64,000 nt of DNA from an uncultured delta proteobacterium (GCA_963755125.1 CAVWIP010000010.1:192001-256000); one strand, 5' to 3'. Shown: positions 27,278 through 37,074, numbered from the stretch's first letter. Numbers and translations: made by a program. Notes: generated from the sequence alone by a model not told the origin.

Positions 27278-28792
27278 CTAGAAGCTAACCGTGGTCATCA
27301 ATGCCAGCGTCTGCTGCAACATCTTGTAGCTGCCGGCCGCCGTCGGACGCGCCTGGCCCGCGAGGCGGGTCTGGCAGGCGGGCAAGGCCAGATCGCCGGC
27401 CGCCTGCGCGCAGGCTGTGGCGGCCGCGGGATCGAACACCGAAGTGCCGACGGTCACGGGAAACATCCAAGTCAGCGCATAGCCTGCTTCGATCCGAAAA
27501 TGGCGTCCGAGCCTGAACTCCGCCGCCAGCGCGGGCTCGAGCTTCAGCCCGTCCACCGCGGCTGCATTCACGTTGTCCGTTGGCACCGCCGAGGTTTCCA
27601 TGCGCAGCGTCCCGCTCCAGCGGAACCAGGGCACCGGCGCGTGGACAAGGCGCGCCCGCGTGTCCCAGCTATCCTGGAAACCGCGATACAAGACCAACTG
27701 ATCAGGGATACTGCTGCCCAGAAGACCGTTGCCGCTTGGGCCGACGACGCGAATCTTGATCTGATCGTACGAACCGTAGCGAACCCAGCGGACGATACCA
27801 ACCGCGTCTAGGTGCGGGGTGGCATGCCAGGTCACCCCAGCGGTGAAGATATCAGGCAAGTGGTAGCTAATCTCGCCGGACACACACGGATCATGCCCGA
27901 GCGCAGAACAGAGATCACTTGTCCCTGCCATTGGTGGAGGCGTTACCTGACTGCGTTCCATGGCCAGATTGACCATTCCGCCGCTCCCTAGGGGCGCACT
28001 CATGTAGGCCAGTCCCGCTTCCCAGGCCGCTCGGCGATAGTGAAGGCCGCCCACCACGAAGTACGATGGCGCCTGCGTTCCCTGCGTCGCCAGGTCGTAG
28101 CGTGCCGCCGCCAAAGAGTTCTCCACGCCGCACGGACCGCTGGTTTCACAGCTTGCCGATGGGTTGCCCAGCGCCGTGTCCTCGTCGAAAACCAGATGGC
28201 CGTAGCTGAAGAGTAGCCCGGGCGCGACACCGACTTGCAACGAATCCGTCAGTTGGATGGCCAGCCCGGTTACCAGCGCGAGCTGTCGAGAGTCGACGGT
28301 CACCAAATGATAGCGCGTGGGTTGCTCGCCACCGGCCGCCACGCCGAAGTTGAGCTTCTGCGAAAAAGGCGTGTAGGCGGCGATGGCCAGGGCGAATCGC
28401 CGCGCCACGCCCGCGCCCACCCCGAGAAAGCCTCCGGGCCCGGGCGGCCAGCCGATGGGCTGTTCCAGACCATGGCCGGATGCCGACGGGAAGCTGCTCG
28501 TTCCGCCCGGCAGCCCCGTCATTGGATCGATCGGTGCTCGATCGACCGTGACGCGGGTCGCGCGCAGCGAAGATCCGAACATGAACTGATTCCCCTGCAG
28601 CATGCCCAGGGCCGCCGGATTCCAGTACACCGCCGTCAAATCGCCGGTGGTGGGACCGGAAAAGCCAAGACTGCCCACGTGAGGATCGTCCAGCGGACCG
28701 GCCAACGCCGGCATCGCAACCACCAGCAAGAATGCGGTCAGCAACAGTCCAGCCGCGTGGGGAGCCGGAGAGCTTTGCTCGCCGCGCACCAT
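27278..28792 (-). CDS. FadL/TodX-like outer-membrane transport protein
   Basis: Signal peptide ending PALA, DLTAVYWNPAAL hatch motif, AYTPF, LPDIFTAG, C-terminal Phe. The ORF extension to 29056 is repeat sequence and the exact start is uncertain. Confidence 0.8.
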   Translation of the reverse strand: MVRGEQSSPAPHAAGLLLTAFLLVVAMPALAGPLDDPHVGSLGFSGPTTGDLTAVYWNPAALGMLQGNQFMFGSSLRATRVTVDRAPIDPMTGLPGGTSSFPSASGHGLEQPIGWPPGPGGFLGVGAGVARRFALAIAAYTPFSQKLNFGVAAGGEQPTRYHLVTVDSRQLALVTGLAIQLTDSLQVGVAPGLLFSYGHLVFDEDTALGNPSASCETSGPCGVENSLAAARYDLATQGTQAPSYFVVGGLHYRRAAWEAGLAYMSAPLGSGGMVNLAMERSQVTPPPMAGTSDLCSALGHDPCVSGEISYHLPDIFTAGVTWHATPHLDAVGIVRWVRYGSYDQIKIRVVGPSGNGLLGSSIPDQLVLYRGFQDSWDTRARLVHAPVPWFRWSGTLRMETSAVPTDNVNAAAVDGLKLEPALAAEFRLGRHFRIEAGYALTWMFPVTVGTSVFDPAAATACAQAAGDLALPACQTRLAGQARPTAAGSYKMLQQTLALMTTVSF

Positions 28793-29045
28793 CGCGGGAG
28801 GGGTTGGCGAGGCCGAGCGAAGCGAGCGGGGGGGGGTGGCGGGTCGGGGGCCGAAGGGCGAAGCAACCCCTCCCAGGGTTCCCATGTTGGAGTCCGCGGG
28901 AGCGCGTCGGCTCCCCTTTCGGGGATTTCGGGACGGCCCGCCACCCTGCCCGCCCCGCGCACTTCGCGCGCGCCCTCGTTGCCGGCGCCGTGCGTGGCGC
29001 ACCATCGCGGGAGGGTGTCGGAACCCTTTCAGGGTTCCCATGTTG
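28754..29045 (+). repeat. REP/BIME-like composite repeat, copies C and D plus an inverted sub-motif
   Basis: CGCACCATCGCGGGAGGG occurs twice and AGGGTTCCCATGTTG twice. 28912-28933 is a near-identical reverse complement of 17751-17772. Confidence 0.8.
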
Positions 29046-29202
29046 AAGTGCTGCACGACGCTCAGGTCTACACACTATCGCGAGGGCCGGCCGCCGTCGA
29101 CATCCGCATCTCGTGGCGCGGACAGGTTCGCTGCAAGCGCCGCGACATTGACCAGCCCCCAGCGGTGTTTCCAGTAAGAGCAAGAACAAAGGAACAGCCG
29201 CC

Positions 29203-29475
29203 ATGAGAACCTCTCATTCACACAGGGAACCCATCGGGAAACCCGCAGCACGGGAGGGCGCCAACCAAACCCAGTTGGCGGGCCGACTCGATGAGCTTCT
29301 CACACAGGCTGCGACCTTGGCCTCGGAAAACGGCCTGCCGCCCGATGCCTTTGCCGCAGCAGCGTGGCATGCGTACCTGCGGGCCTCACCTGCCCTGGCC
29401 GAACACATCGAGCAACTCCAGTTCGCGGCAGGCATTGAGGAAATGCGCAATGCGGGCCGGCTGGCCAAAGCCTAG
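29203..29475 (+). CDS. Small hypothetical helical protein
   Basis: AAGGA RBS, 90-aa amphipathic helical ORF filling an intergenic gap. Confidence 0.65.
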   Translation: MRTSHSHREPIGKPAAREGANQTQLAGRLDELLTQAATLASENGLPPDAFAAAAWHAYLRASPALAEHIEQLQFAAGIEEMRNAGRLAKA

Positions 29476-29517
29476 CCAGGCGCGTGGGGGCCCGAGGGCC
29501 GTTCCACCGCTCCCATA

Positions 29518-30318
29518 TCAACGTCTGGGCAGGCCAGGCACCACGCCACGCGGATCGACTGACTCGCGGTTGCGCCATAACTCAAGTGAGATGACGGCGG
29601 CACCGTCCAGGTTGCGACCCGCCAGACCGAGGGTCTGTCCCGGTTCCACAGGTTCGCCAGGAGCAACCACCACGCCGCGCAGGCCCGACAAGACGCTGAC
29701 CCATCTTGCCGGGTGCTGTGTCACTACGGCGTAGCCACCCTGGGGCAGGTTTTCCACGCGACGGATCACACCAGCAGCCACAGCCCTCACAGGTTCGTTC
29801 AATCTGGCCAGCAACTCAATTCCGTCGTGACGCAACTCAGTCCCCATGGGGGCGTCACGAAGGATGCCAGGTACGCCCACCATGGTGCCACGCACCGGGC
29901 GCGCAAAACGGCGGAGGGATTCACCTGTGTCTGCAGGCACTTCCGCCCGCCGGCCGCACGCCCGTTCAAGTGCCACCCGTTCGGCACGCACATGATCGAG
30001 TTCATCGGTCAGGGTGCGAGTCTCGGCAAGTCCCTTGCCGAGTGAAAGCAGGGCCACATCAGCCGATTCCGCATCGTCCAGTCGTGACTCCGGGCTGCTC
30101 ACGAAGCCTAGCTCGCGTCGGCGCGAAAGGCGGTAGGCCAGCAGCGCCTGCTCGCGCACTCGGACTTCTGCCCCTTCTTTCTGTCCTTCCAGCACCTCCT
30201 GCCTCTTGGCAAGACGTTGGGCGAGTCTGGCATCCTCGTCGACCGGATCGGCCCACGCGACGGTGGCTAACACGAGCGAGAGCGCGTAGACGATCACACT
30301 CTTGTTGGAACTAGGCAT
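29518..30318 (-). CDS. envC: EnvC-like murein hydrolase activator (coiled coil plus degenerate M23 domain)
   Basis: Signal peptide, coiled coil, PVRG..HDGIEL..VRAVAAG..GEPVEPGQTLG. Zn ligands are degenerate. Third gene after ftsEX. Confidence 0.7.
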   Translation of the reverse strand: MPSSNKSVIVYALSLVLATVAWADPVDEDARLAQRLAKRQEVLEGQKEGAEVRVREQALLAYRLSRRRELGFVSSPESRLDDAESADVALLSLGKGLAETRTLTDELDHVRAERVALERACGRRAEVPADTGESLRRFARPVRGTMVGVPGILRDAPMGTELRHDGIELLARLNEPVRAVAAGVIRRVENLPQGGYAVVTQHPARWVSVLSGLRGVVVAPGEPVEPGQTLGLAGRNLDGAAVISLELWRNRESVDPRGVVPGLPRR

Positions 30319-31210
30319 CGACCCAGCCGGACACAGGGGTTGAAAGGTAACCGAGCGCCCAACCGAGCACTGGAGCAACCAAGAGAGCCACGGCTGACTC
30401 CCAGAAGCCCAGGAAGAGCCCGGCTGGCGTCGGCATGATACCGAGCGCACTCTCGACCCCCCTCAGCAACACAGGCCATGCGAGGTGCAACACCAGCAGC
30501 GCGGCGAGCGCGCCCGTAAGCCCCGCCACGGCAAGCGCGATGTTCGCGGGCAGGCGGATGTTCGCTGGAGTCTCGCCGAGGATCACCAGAACCTGCGCCT
30601 GGCGCCGGCGTGCGTCCCTGCCACGCACGACTGTGCCTACCAGAAACGAGAGGGCCAAGATGCCGGCAGCCAGAACCACAGCCCAGCCCAGGCGTTGGCC
30701 GAAGCGAATCCATGCAGCGAGGCGAGCCACACCCTCGGTCATGGCATCCACCTCTGTCACCCCTGCCACCCCGCGGAGACGTCGCGACAGCTCCGCTGCC
30801 CGCTGAGGCAGGTCTGGCGAGGCAGCAAGCGCGACTTCGATCGAACGCGGAAAATACCCCGGGTCGAGATCGTTCAGCCACGAGCCGGCGGAGGACGGCC
30901 GCGCGGCGTCCCGCAGCCGTGCGAGAGCTTCGGCCGGCTCGACCAAGCGGACGCGAGCCACGCCAGGCCCACGTCGAAGCAGGTCGGCCAGATGAGAAGC
31001 TTGGTCCGGTTCCATCTCGTCCCGCAGAAAGGCGATCACGTGCACGCTCTGGCCCATGATGCCCATCCAACCTCGCGTCACGCGCAGCCCCAGGACGGTT
31101 GCGCCACCGACGAGACCCAGCAACAAGAACGAGCCGGCAGCGGCCCACAGCGCGTGGCGCTGAGAGGGCGATTGCCGCCGTGCCCGGCGCACAATCCAGG
31201 CGAGTGTCAT
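30311..31210 (-). CDS. ftsX: Cell division permease FtsX
   Basis: TM1, extracytoplasmic loop (VIAFLRD..EPAEAL..FPRSIEV), 3 further TMs, ILGET..IRLP. Overlaps the ftsE stop codon. Confidence 0.75.
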   Translation of the reverse strand: MTLAWIVRRARRQSPSQRHALWAAAGSFLLLGLVGGATVLGLRVTRGWMGIMGQSVHVIAFLRDEMEPDQASHLADLLRRGPGVARVRLVEPAEALARLRDAARPSSAGSWLNDLDPGYFPRSIEVALAASPDLPQRAAELSRRLRGVAGVTEVDAMTEGVARLAAWIRFGQRLGWAVVLAAGILALSFLVGTVVRGRDARRRQAQVLVILGETPANIRLPANIALAVAGLTGALAALLVLHLAWPVLLRGVESALGIMPTPAGLFLGFWESAVALLVAPVLGWALGYLSTPVSGWVDA

Positions 31211-31989
31211 GACGACTCCTCGCCCGACGAGCGGCGGTCGGATGAGTCAATCGCTTGGGCTGACTCGGCGTTTTCCGGCTGGCTTTCTCCGACCAGGCCA
31301 CCCGGCGTGGGTACGAGACCTATGGCCGGCGCGCCGGCCAGACGGCCACCTTCCAGGTGTACCCGCCTGCCACCCGCATCCACCAAAATCTGCGCAAAGC
31401 TGGGGTCGGAGGTAGCGCACAGAACAGCGCACCCCCTGTCACGAGCCCAGACAAGTGCACGGGCGATGCCTTCACGGTCGTCTCCGCCCATGCCCGACGC
31501 CGGCTCGTCCACCACGATCAGTGGCGGGGGCCCCACCAAGGCACGCGCGAGCGCGACCAAACGCTGCTGGCCGGTAGACAAAGACCGGGCCATGCGTCCT
31601 TCCCAGGCCGAGTCAGCGACCATCGCCAAGGTTTCACGCGCGTCTGCCTCAGCCGAATCAATCGGCTCGCCACGGACGGCAAGGGCCAGCATGATATTCT
31701 CCAGCACGGTCTCGTCCGGGATGAGCAGGGGCTCGGGCGGCAGGTAGCCGATGTTGCGGCGAACGTAGGGCAGGGACGATGCCTGCAGGCCCGCAATGTC
31801 TCGCTCTGCGATCCACACGGCGCCCGAGTCCGGCGCTCGAACTCCGGCCGCTACGGCCAGCAGAGAACTCTTGCCAGAACCGGTCAGCCCCTGCACGACG
31901 ACCAGCTCGCCACTAGACACTCCCAACGTCACGTCGTCGAGGGCCGGGCCATCCGCGCGCAAGCAGGAAACGCCTTCGAGCCAAATCAC
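31207..31989 (-). CDS. ftsE: Cell division ABC ATPase FtsE
   Basis: Walker A GLTGSGKS, LPYVRRNIG, signature LSTGQQR, Walker B VVDEP. Confidence 0.8.
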   Translation of the reverse strand: MIWLEGVSCLRADGPALDDVTLGVSSGELVVVQGLTGSGKSSLLAVAAGVRAPDSGAVWIAERDIAGLQASSLPYVRRNIGYLPPEPLLIPDETVLENIMLALAVRGEPIDSAEADARETLAMVADSAWEGRMARSLSTGQQRLVALARALVGPPPLIVVDEPASGMGGDDREGIARALVWARDRGCAVLCATSDPSFAQILVDAGGRRVHLEGGRLAGAPAIGLVPTPGGLVGESQPENAESAQAIDSSDRRSSGEESS

Positions 31990-32168
31990 AGCGCGATCTT
32001 AAACGAGAAGCATAGCCGTCGATAGTTTACGGCCTAGCGGTCATGGTGGATCGCTAGGGACGAATGTGATGTAACGTATGGTCATACATCTTCTCTCCAC
32101 AGGTCATAGCCAGTCCAGAAGTGGCCGGATGCAAAGACTAATCTCTTTGAAAACCACAATCTATCAAC

Positions 32169-32216
32169 ACACAATATATAGTGTAGCCAGCTGTAGTACA
32201 GCACTATATCTTGTGT
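32169..32216. promoter_or_regulatory. Tandem NrdR boxes
   Basis: ACACAATATATAGTGT (32169-32184) and GCACTATATCTTGTGT (32201-32216) match acaCwAtATaTwGtgt. They are 32 bp apart, upstream of nrdJ. Confidence 0.9.
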
Positions 32217-32222
32217 TTTTTG

Positions 32223-32252
32223 TTGACATGACGGTTGAATGGAGACACTAAT
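32223..32252 (+). promoter_or_regulatory. Putative sigma-70 promoter of nrdJ
   Basis: Perfect TTGACA (32223-32228) right after the NrdR boxes. A weak -10 (CACTAAT) lies 17-18 bp downstream. Confidence 0.55.
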
Positions 32253-32410
32253 CTTCCCGTCCGCCGCACAGGGCTAGCGGGGCCTTCGCAAGCTATGCTG
32301 GGTGGTGGTTTCGCAATTATTCTGGTCACCAAGGCAGGAGCAATAACGCAGACAGCCAAACCGTCTCGGCGGCCCTGAAGCGGAGACGACGGCGCGGAGG
32401 AGGAGTGCTG

Positions 32411-35269
32411 ATGCTGGACAAGCAAGATAGCCGACGCCAACGGAACCCTCGGACCAATGGGCTTGAGTTGCCAATCCCGGGCCCCGCGTTCACCAAAGAT
32501 GCCCGTGTGAGTCGCGGCAAGATCCGCAAGCAAGCGCCCGGGATACGGATCGAACGATCCTTCACCCGGGCTGGCGACAACGGCTACGCGGGTGTCATCT
32601 GGGAGCAGCGTACGGCCAGCATCATCGGCGAAGGCGGCAAGGTGGTGTTCGAGCAGCGCGACGTTGAGGTGCCAAGTGGCTGGAGCCAGACCGCGACCAA
32701 CGTGGTGGTGCAAAAATATTTCCGTGGCCAGTTGGGAACACCGGGGCGCGAGCGATCCGTGCGCCAGCTCATCGACCGCGTGGCCGACACCATCACTCGA
32801 TGGGGTATGCAAGACGGGTACTTCGCGGACCAGGCTTCGGCTGACAACTACCGCGCCGATCTCAAGCACCTGCTGGTCGAGCAGAAGATGTCCTTCAACT
32901 CTCCAGTCTGGTTCAACGTGGGCATCGAGTCAGAGCCGCAGTGCTCGGCCTGCTTCATCAACAGCGTCCAGGACACCATGGAGTCCATCCTGGGCCTGGC
33001 AAAGACCGAAGGCATGCTGTTCAAGTACGGCTCGGGCACTGGAACGAATCTGTCGCCAATCCGCTCGTCGAAAGAGCTCCTCCACGGCGGCGGCACGGCA
33101 TCGGGCCCGGTCAGTTTCATGAAGGGCTTCGATGCATTCGCCGGAGTGATCAAGTCAGGCGGCAAGACGCGGCGAGCGGCCAAAATGGTGATTCTCAACA
33201 TCGATCACCCGGACATCGAGGAGTTCATTCGCTGCAAGGCCAAGGAAGAGAAGAAGGCGTGGACGCTCATCGACGCAGGCTACGACGGCTCGTTCGACGG
33301 CGAGGCCTACAAGTCTGTCTTCTTTCAGAACTCGAACAACTCGGTACGCGTGACCGACGATTTCATGGAGGCCGTGCAAAAGGACCGCGAATGGTCCACG
33401 CGGGCCGTGGTTGGCGGACGGACGGTGACCACCTACAAGGCGCGGGAACTTTGGCGCACCATCGCGCAAGCGACCTGGGAGTGTGGCGACCCAGGCCTGC
33501 AGTTCGACACCACCATCAACGCCTGGCACACTTGCCCGAACACGGCACGCATCAACGCCTCCAACCCCTGCTCCGAGTACATGTTTCTCGACAACTCGGC
33601 GTGCAACCTCGCATCGCTGAACCTGCGCAAGTACTTGCGGCCCGACGGCACCTTCGCGACCGAGGACTTCAAGCGTGCGATCGAGATCACCATCCTGGCG
33701 CAGGAGATCATCGTAGGCAACGCGCGCTACCCGACGCCGGAGATCGAAGCCAATTCGCTGCGCTTCCGGCCGCTGGGCCTGGGCTACGCCAATCTCGGCT
33801 CGCTCATCATGTCGCTCGGCCTGCCCTACGACTCGGCGCCCGCGCGCGCCTGGTGTGGCGCCGTCACGGCGCTGATGACCGGCTGGGCCTACCGAACCAG
33901 CGCGACCATCGCGCGCGACGTGACCGGCCCCTTCCCTGGCTACGCCGAGAACGAGCAGCCCTTCCTGGCGGTGATGAAGAAGCATCGCTACCACGTGGAC
34001 AAGATCGACGCCGCACTTGTGCCAAAGGATCTGACGGCCGCGGCTTGTGAGGCATGGGACGACACGATTCGTCTGGGAACCGAGCACGGCTTCCGCAACG
34101 CCCAGGCCAGCGTGCTGGCGCCCACCGGCACCATCGGCTTCATGATGGATTGTGACACCACCGGCATCGAGCCCGACATCGCGCTCATCAAGTACAAGCG
34201 GCTGGTGGGCGGCGGAACCATCAAGATCGTCAACAACACGGTCGACGAGGCGCTGCAGCACCTTGGCTACGACGAAAGCCAGCGCAAGGCCATCGCCGAC
34301 TACGTGGACCGCGAAGAGACCATCGAGGGCGCGCCCGGCTTGGACTGCGACCACCTCCCGGTCTTCGATTGCGCCTTCCGCGCGGCCAATGGCACGCGCT
34401 CCATCAGCGCCATGGGTCACATCCGCATGATGGCGGCTGCCCAGCCCTTCATTTCGGGGGCCATTTCCAAGACGGTGAACCAGCCCGCGGACGCAACCGT
34501 GGAGGAACTCGAAACGGCATACCTGGAGGCGTGGAAGGCCGGGCTGAAGGCCATCGCCCTGTACCGCGAGGGCTGCAAGCGCACGCAGCCGGTCACCACC
34601 AGCAAGACCGATCCGGGCGCACAGCAGGCGACGGCACAACTCGCGGGGCCGCCCAACATCATCCGGCGCAAGCTGCCCGATGAAAGGCGATCGGTGACGC
34701 ACAAGTTCTCGGTGGCGGGACACGAGGGCTATATCCACGTTGGCCTCTACGAAAACGGCGAGCCTGGCGAGATCTTCGTGCGCATGGCCAAGGAAGGCTC
34801 GACCATCTCGGGCCTGATGGACAGCTTCGCCACGGCCATCTCGCTGGCTCTGCAGTACGGCGTGCCCCTCAAGCTCTTCGTGGACAAGTTTTCGCGCACG
34901 CGCTTCGAGCCTTCGGGCTTCACGGGAAATCCAGCGCTGCCCCGCGCCTCGTCGATCATGGACTACCTGTTCCGTTGGCTCGGTTCGAAGTTCGTGCGAG
35001 ACGAGTTCGCCGAGAGCCCGGTGGAAAGCCGGCCAGCGAGCGAGTCGCCTGCCTCTGCCGAACCGACCGGAGGGCCAGAGGCTGCACCTGCCGCTCCCAC
35101 CGAAGGCCACAACGGCCATAACGGCAAGAATGGCAACGGCCACGGCGAGATGTACAGCTTTCTGGTGCGTAGCGATGCGCCCACCTGTCCCGAGTGCGGC
35201 TCGATCACGGTGCCCAACGGAAGTTGCCACAAGTGTATCAACTGCGGCACCACCACCGGCTGCTCGTAG
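32411..35269 (+). CDS. nrdJ: Vitamin B12-dependent (class II) ribonucleotide reductase with C-terminal TSCPD region and Zn ribbon
   Basis: FNSPVWFN, PQCSACFI, SGGKTRRAAKM, SNPCSEY, ACNLASLNL, LAPTGTI, ISKTVN, CPECG..CINCG. GGAGGAG RBS. Confidence 0.96.
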   Translation: MLDKQDSRRQRNPRTNGLELPIPGPAFTKDARVSRGKIRKQAPGIRIERSFTRAGDNGYAGVIWEQRTASIIGEGGKVVFEQRDVEVPSGWSQTATNVVVQKYFRGQLGTPGRERSVRQLIDRVADTITRWGMQDGYFADQASADNYRADLKHLLVEQKMSFNSPVWFNVGIESEPQCSACFINSVQDTMESILGLAKTEGMLFKYGSGTGTNLSPIRSSKELLHGGGTASGPVSFMKGFDAFAGVIKSGGKTRRAAKMVILNIDHPDIEEFIRCKAKEEKKAWTLIDAGYDGSFDGEAYKSVFFQNSNNSVRVTDDFMEAVQKDREWSTRAVVGGRTVTTYKARELWRTIAQATWECGDPGLQFDTTINAWHTCPNTARINASNPCSEYMFLDNSACNLASLNLRKYLRPDGTFATEDFKRAIEITILAQEIIVGNARYPTPEIEANSLRFRPLGLGYANLGSLIMSLGLPYDSAPARAWCGAVTALMTGWAYRTSATIARDVTGPFPGYAENEQPFLAVMKKHRYHVDKIDAALVPKDLTAAACEAWDDTIRLGTEHGFRNAQASVLAPTGTIGFMMDCDTTGIEPDIALIKYKRLVGGGTIKIVNNTVDEALQHLGYDESQRKAIADYVDREETIEGAPGLDCDHLPVFDCAFRAANGTRSISAMGHIRMMAAAQPFISGAISKTVNQPADATVEELETAYLEAWKAGLKAIALYREGCKRTQPVTTSKTDPGAQQATAQLAGPPNIIRRKLPDERRSVTHKFSVAGHEGYIHVGLYENGEPGEIFVRMAKEGSTISGLMDSFATAISLALQYGVPLKLFVDKFSRTRFEPSGFTGNPALPRASSIMDYLFRWLGSKFVRDEFAESPVESRPASESPASAEPTGGPEAAPAAPTEGHNGHNGKNGNGHGEMYSFLVRSDAPTCPECGSITVPNGSCHKCINCGTTTGCS

Positions 35270-35409
35270 AAGGGCCATGCCTCAGAGCGCGGACGTGACG
35301 ACAGCCGACGATCCGTGGCTCGACGAAACTTAGCGAGGGTCCGGAGCGTCACCTCCTGAGTGGTAGAGGGAGGAATAGACTTTCGAGTTGTGCGTGACAA
35401 CCTTGGTTC

Positions 35410-36060
35410 ATGCAACGCAAGAGCCTTGCCGTGGGGCCGGTTGGGTGCAACTGCTCGGTGGTGGTCTGTCCGGTCACACGTGAGGCGCTGATCGTCGATC
35501 CGGGCGGCGATGCGGCGAAAATCCTGACTCTGCTGACAAAGCTGGACGCGCAGGCGGTCGGGATCGTTCACACCCACGGCCACTTCGATCACATCCTCGG
35601 CACGCGCGACGTGGCGGCGGCGACCGGCGCCCCGGTGTCCATCCACGGCGGCGACCTGGACCTGTATCGAGGGTTGGTGCGCCAAGCGCGCTATTTCGAT
35701 CTGCTCGCCGAGGAGCCGCCCGAGCCCGCTCAGATTCTTGCCGGAGGCGAGACGGTGAATTTCGGTCAACTTCGGGCTCGCGTGCTGCACACACCGGGGC
35801 ACACGCCCGGGTCGGTGAGCCTGTTCATCGAGCCCGCCGACGGTGCGCCTCTCTTGCTCGCGGGCGACACTCTGTTTGCCGGTGGCATCGGCCGCACCGA
35901 TTTCCCCGGAGGTTCCTCGCAGCAGATTCTGCGCTCCATCCATGACAAGCTGTTTGCGCTACCCGACGAAACCGTGGTGGTTCCCGGCCACGGCCCCGAA
36001 ACCACCGTCGGCGAGGAACGCGAGCACAACCCTTACGTCGGGCGTCGCTCCGGTAGCTGA
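35410..36060 (+). CDS. MBL-fold metallo-hydrolase (glyoxalase II / YcbL-like)
   Basis: VDPGG, HTHGHFDH, HTPGHTPG, GDTLF, GRTD, PGHG. Confidence 0.92.
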   Translation: MQRKSLAVGPVGCNCSVVVCPVTREALIVDPGGDAAKILTLLTKLDAQAVGIVHTHGHFDHILGTRDVAAATGAPVSIHGGDLDLYRGLVRQARYFDLLAEEPPEPAQILAGGETVNFGQLRARVLHTPGHTPGSVSLFIEPADGAPLLLAGDTLFAGGIGRTDFPGGSSQQILRSIHDKLFALPDETVVVPGHGPETTVGEEREHNPYVGRRSGS

Positions 36061-36097
36061 CCGTCTTCCTTCCAAGGTTCTTGTCTCCCGCGTTCTC

Positions 36098-36880
36098 CTA
36101 GTGCTGCACGAGACTCAGCACGATCTCGAAGACGATGAGCAACACGATGGCCGCTTCCAGCAAGACCAGGCGGCGGTCACGCGCCACATCGGTGATGAGC
36201 TCCAGCGCGTCCTGCACGCTGCGCAGTTTTAGCTCAAGGGCCTGGTAGCGATCGACCAGGTCGAACTCCGCACGCAGTTCCCCATAGATATGGTCCGCGC
36301 CAGGGTCGTCCCAGATGGATTCGGGCTTGTCGAGCAGGTGCAGGATCGAGAGCACCTCGTTGCGCGTGCCCAGGGCGGCACCGATGAACTTGTGCAGGTG
36401 CCGGGTCCGCAGCGGCACCGAACCCAGCTTCTCCAGGCGGTCAACCAGCTTGTCCGTGCCGCTGAACATCTGGTCGACGATGCGCTCGTAGTAGTCCATG
36501 GCCGCACTTTGAGCCACGGTGAGCGCCACCACGCTGGCACGCTCGAAGGTCAACCGATCGAGTGTCAACACACCGTTGACCATGTCGGGCCGCGCGCCGG
36601 GATCCTCGCGCACGGTGAATTGCTCGTCCATCACCTGAGTCGCGGTCAGGTCTGGTCGAATGCGGTGCAAGCGAGCCAATTCGATCTCCCGCACTTCGGG
36701 ATCGACGTCGTAGAAGACCAGCGCGCCGAACGGATAGATGAAGACCGTGCCGCCGGAGGCAGGCGAAAACCACAACTCCCGCGGTGTGCGCTTGGCCTCG
36801 GGATAGTGGGCCGCCATCTCCTTGAGCGGAAAGTTTTCGACGAAGGCGGTGGCGAAGAAGGTGTGGACCGGACTGCTCAT
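36098..36880 (-). CDS. RMD1/YagE (DUF155) family protein
   Basis: FIYPFGALVFY, VAQSAAMDYYE, LLDKPESIWD, FDLVDRYQALELKL, C-terminal TM LEAAIVLLIVFEI. Confidence 0.85.
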   Translation of the reverse strand: MSSPVHTFFATAFVENFPLKEMAAHYPEAKRTPRELWFSPASGGTVFIYPFGALVFYDVDPEVREIELARLHRIRPDLTATQVMDEQFTVREDPGARPDMVNGVLTLDRLTFERASVVALTVAQSAAMDYYERIVDQMFSGTDKLVDRLEKLGSVPLRTRHLHKFIGAALGTRNEVLSILHLLDKPESIWDDPGADHIYGELRAEFDLVDRYQALELKLRSVQDALELITDVARDRRLVLLEAAIVLLIVFEIVLSLVQH

Positions 36881-37074
36881 GCGCGCGAAGACTCCCTCCT
36901 GCACCACAAGGGTACTTCAACTCCGTATGATCGATGGCAGAGAAGTCCGTTGGATTTCGATCGGATCGATGAACATAAACCAGATTTGGCGTCTGACCAT
37001 TGCTTCCGCGCTGCGATGGGATTATGACGGCAGTCGTTGTTCTCCCCAACCCCTGCGACGCGGAGGGCTATGAG

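Noticed and set aside
28793..29056. N-terminal extension of the FadL-like ORF with duplicated NMGTL and PPAMVR peptides
   Set aside because: The duplications are translations of the non-coding repeat modules. The same peptides appear at other copies.
29518..30318. Active M23 endopeptidase
   Set aside because: The HxxxD and HxH zinc ligands are degenerate, as expected for an EnvC-type activator.
32255..32410. Canonical cobalamin or c-di-GMP riboswitch upstream of nrdJ
   Set aside because: The conserved B12-box elements and the GCAAA/GNRA features are not visible. It is kept only as an unassigned structured leader.
33155..35278. 707-aa antisense ORF, and similar long antisense or alternative-frame ORFs across the window
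   Set aside because: These are shadow ORFs of high-GC genes such as nrdJ, with no recognisable motifs.
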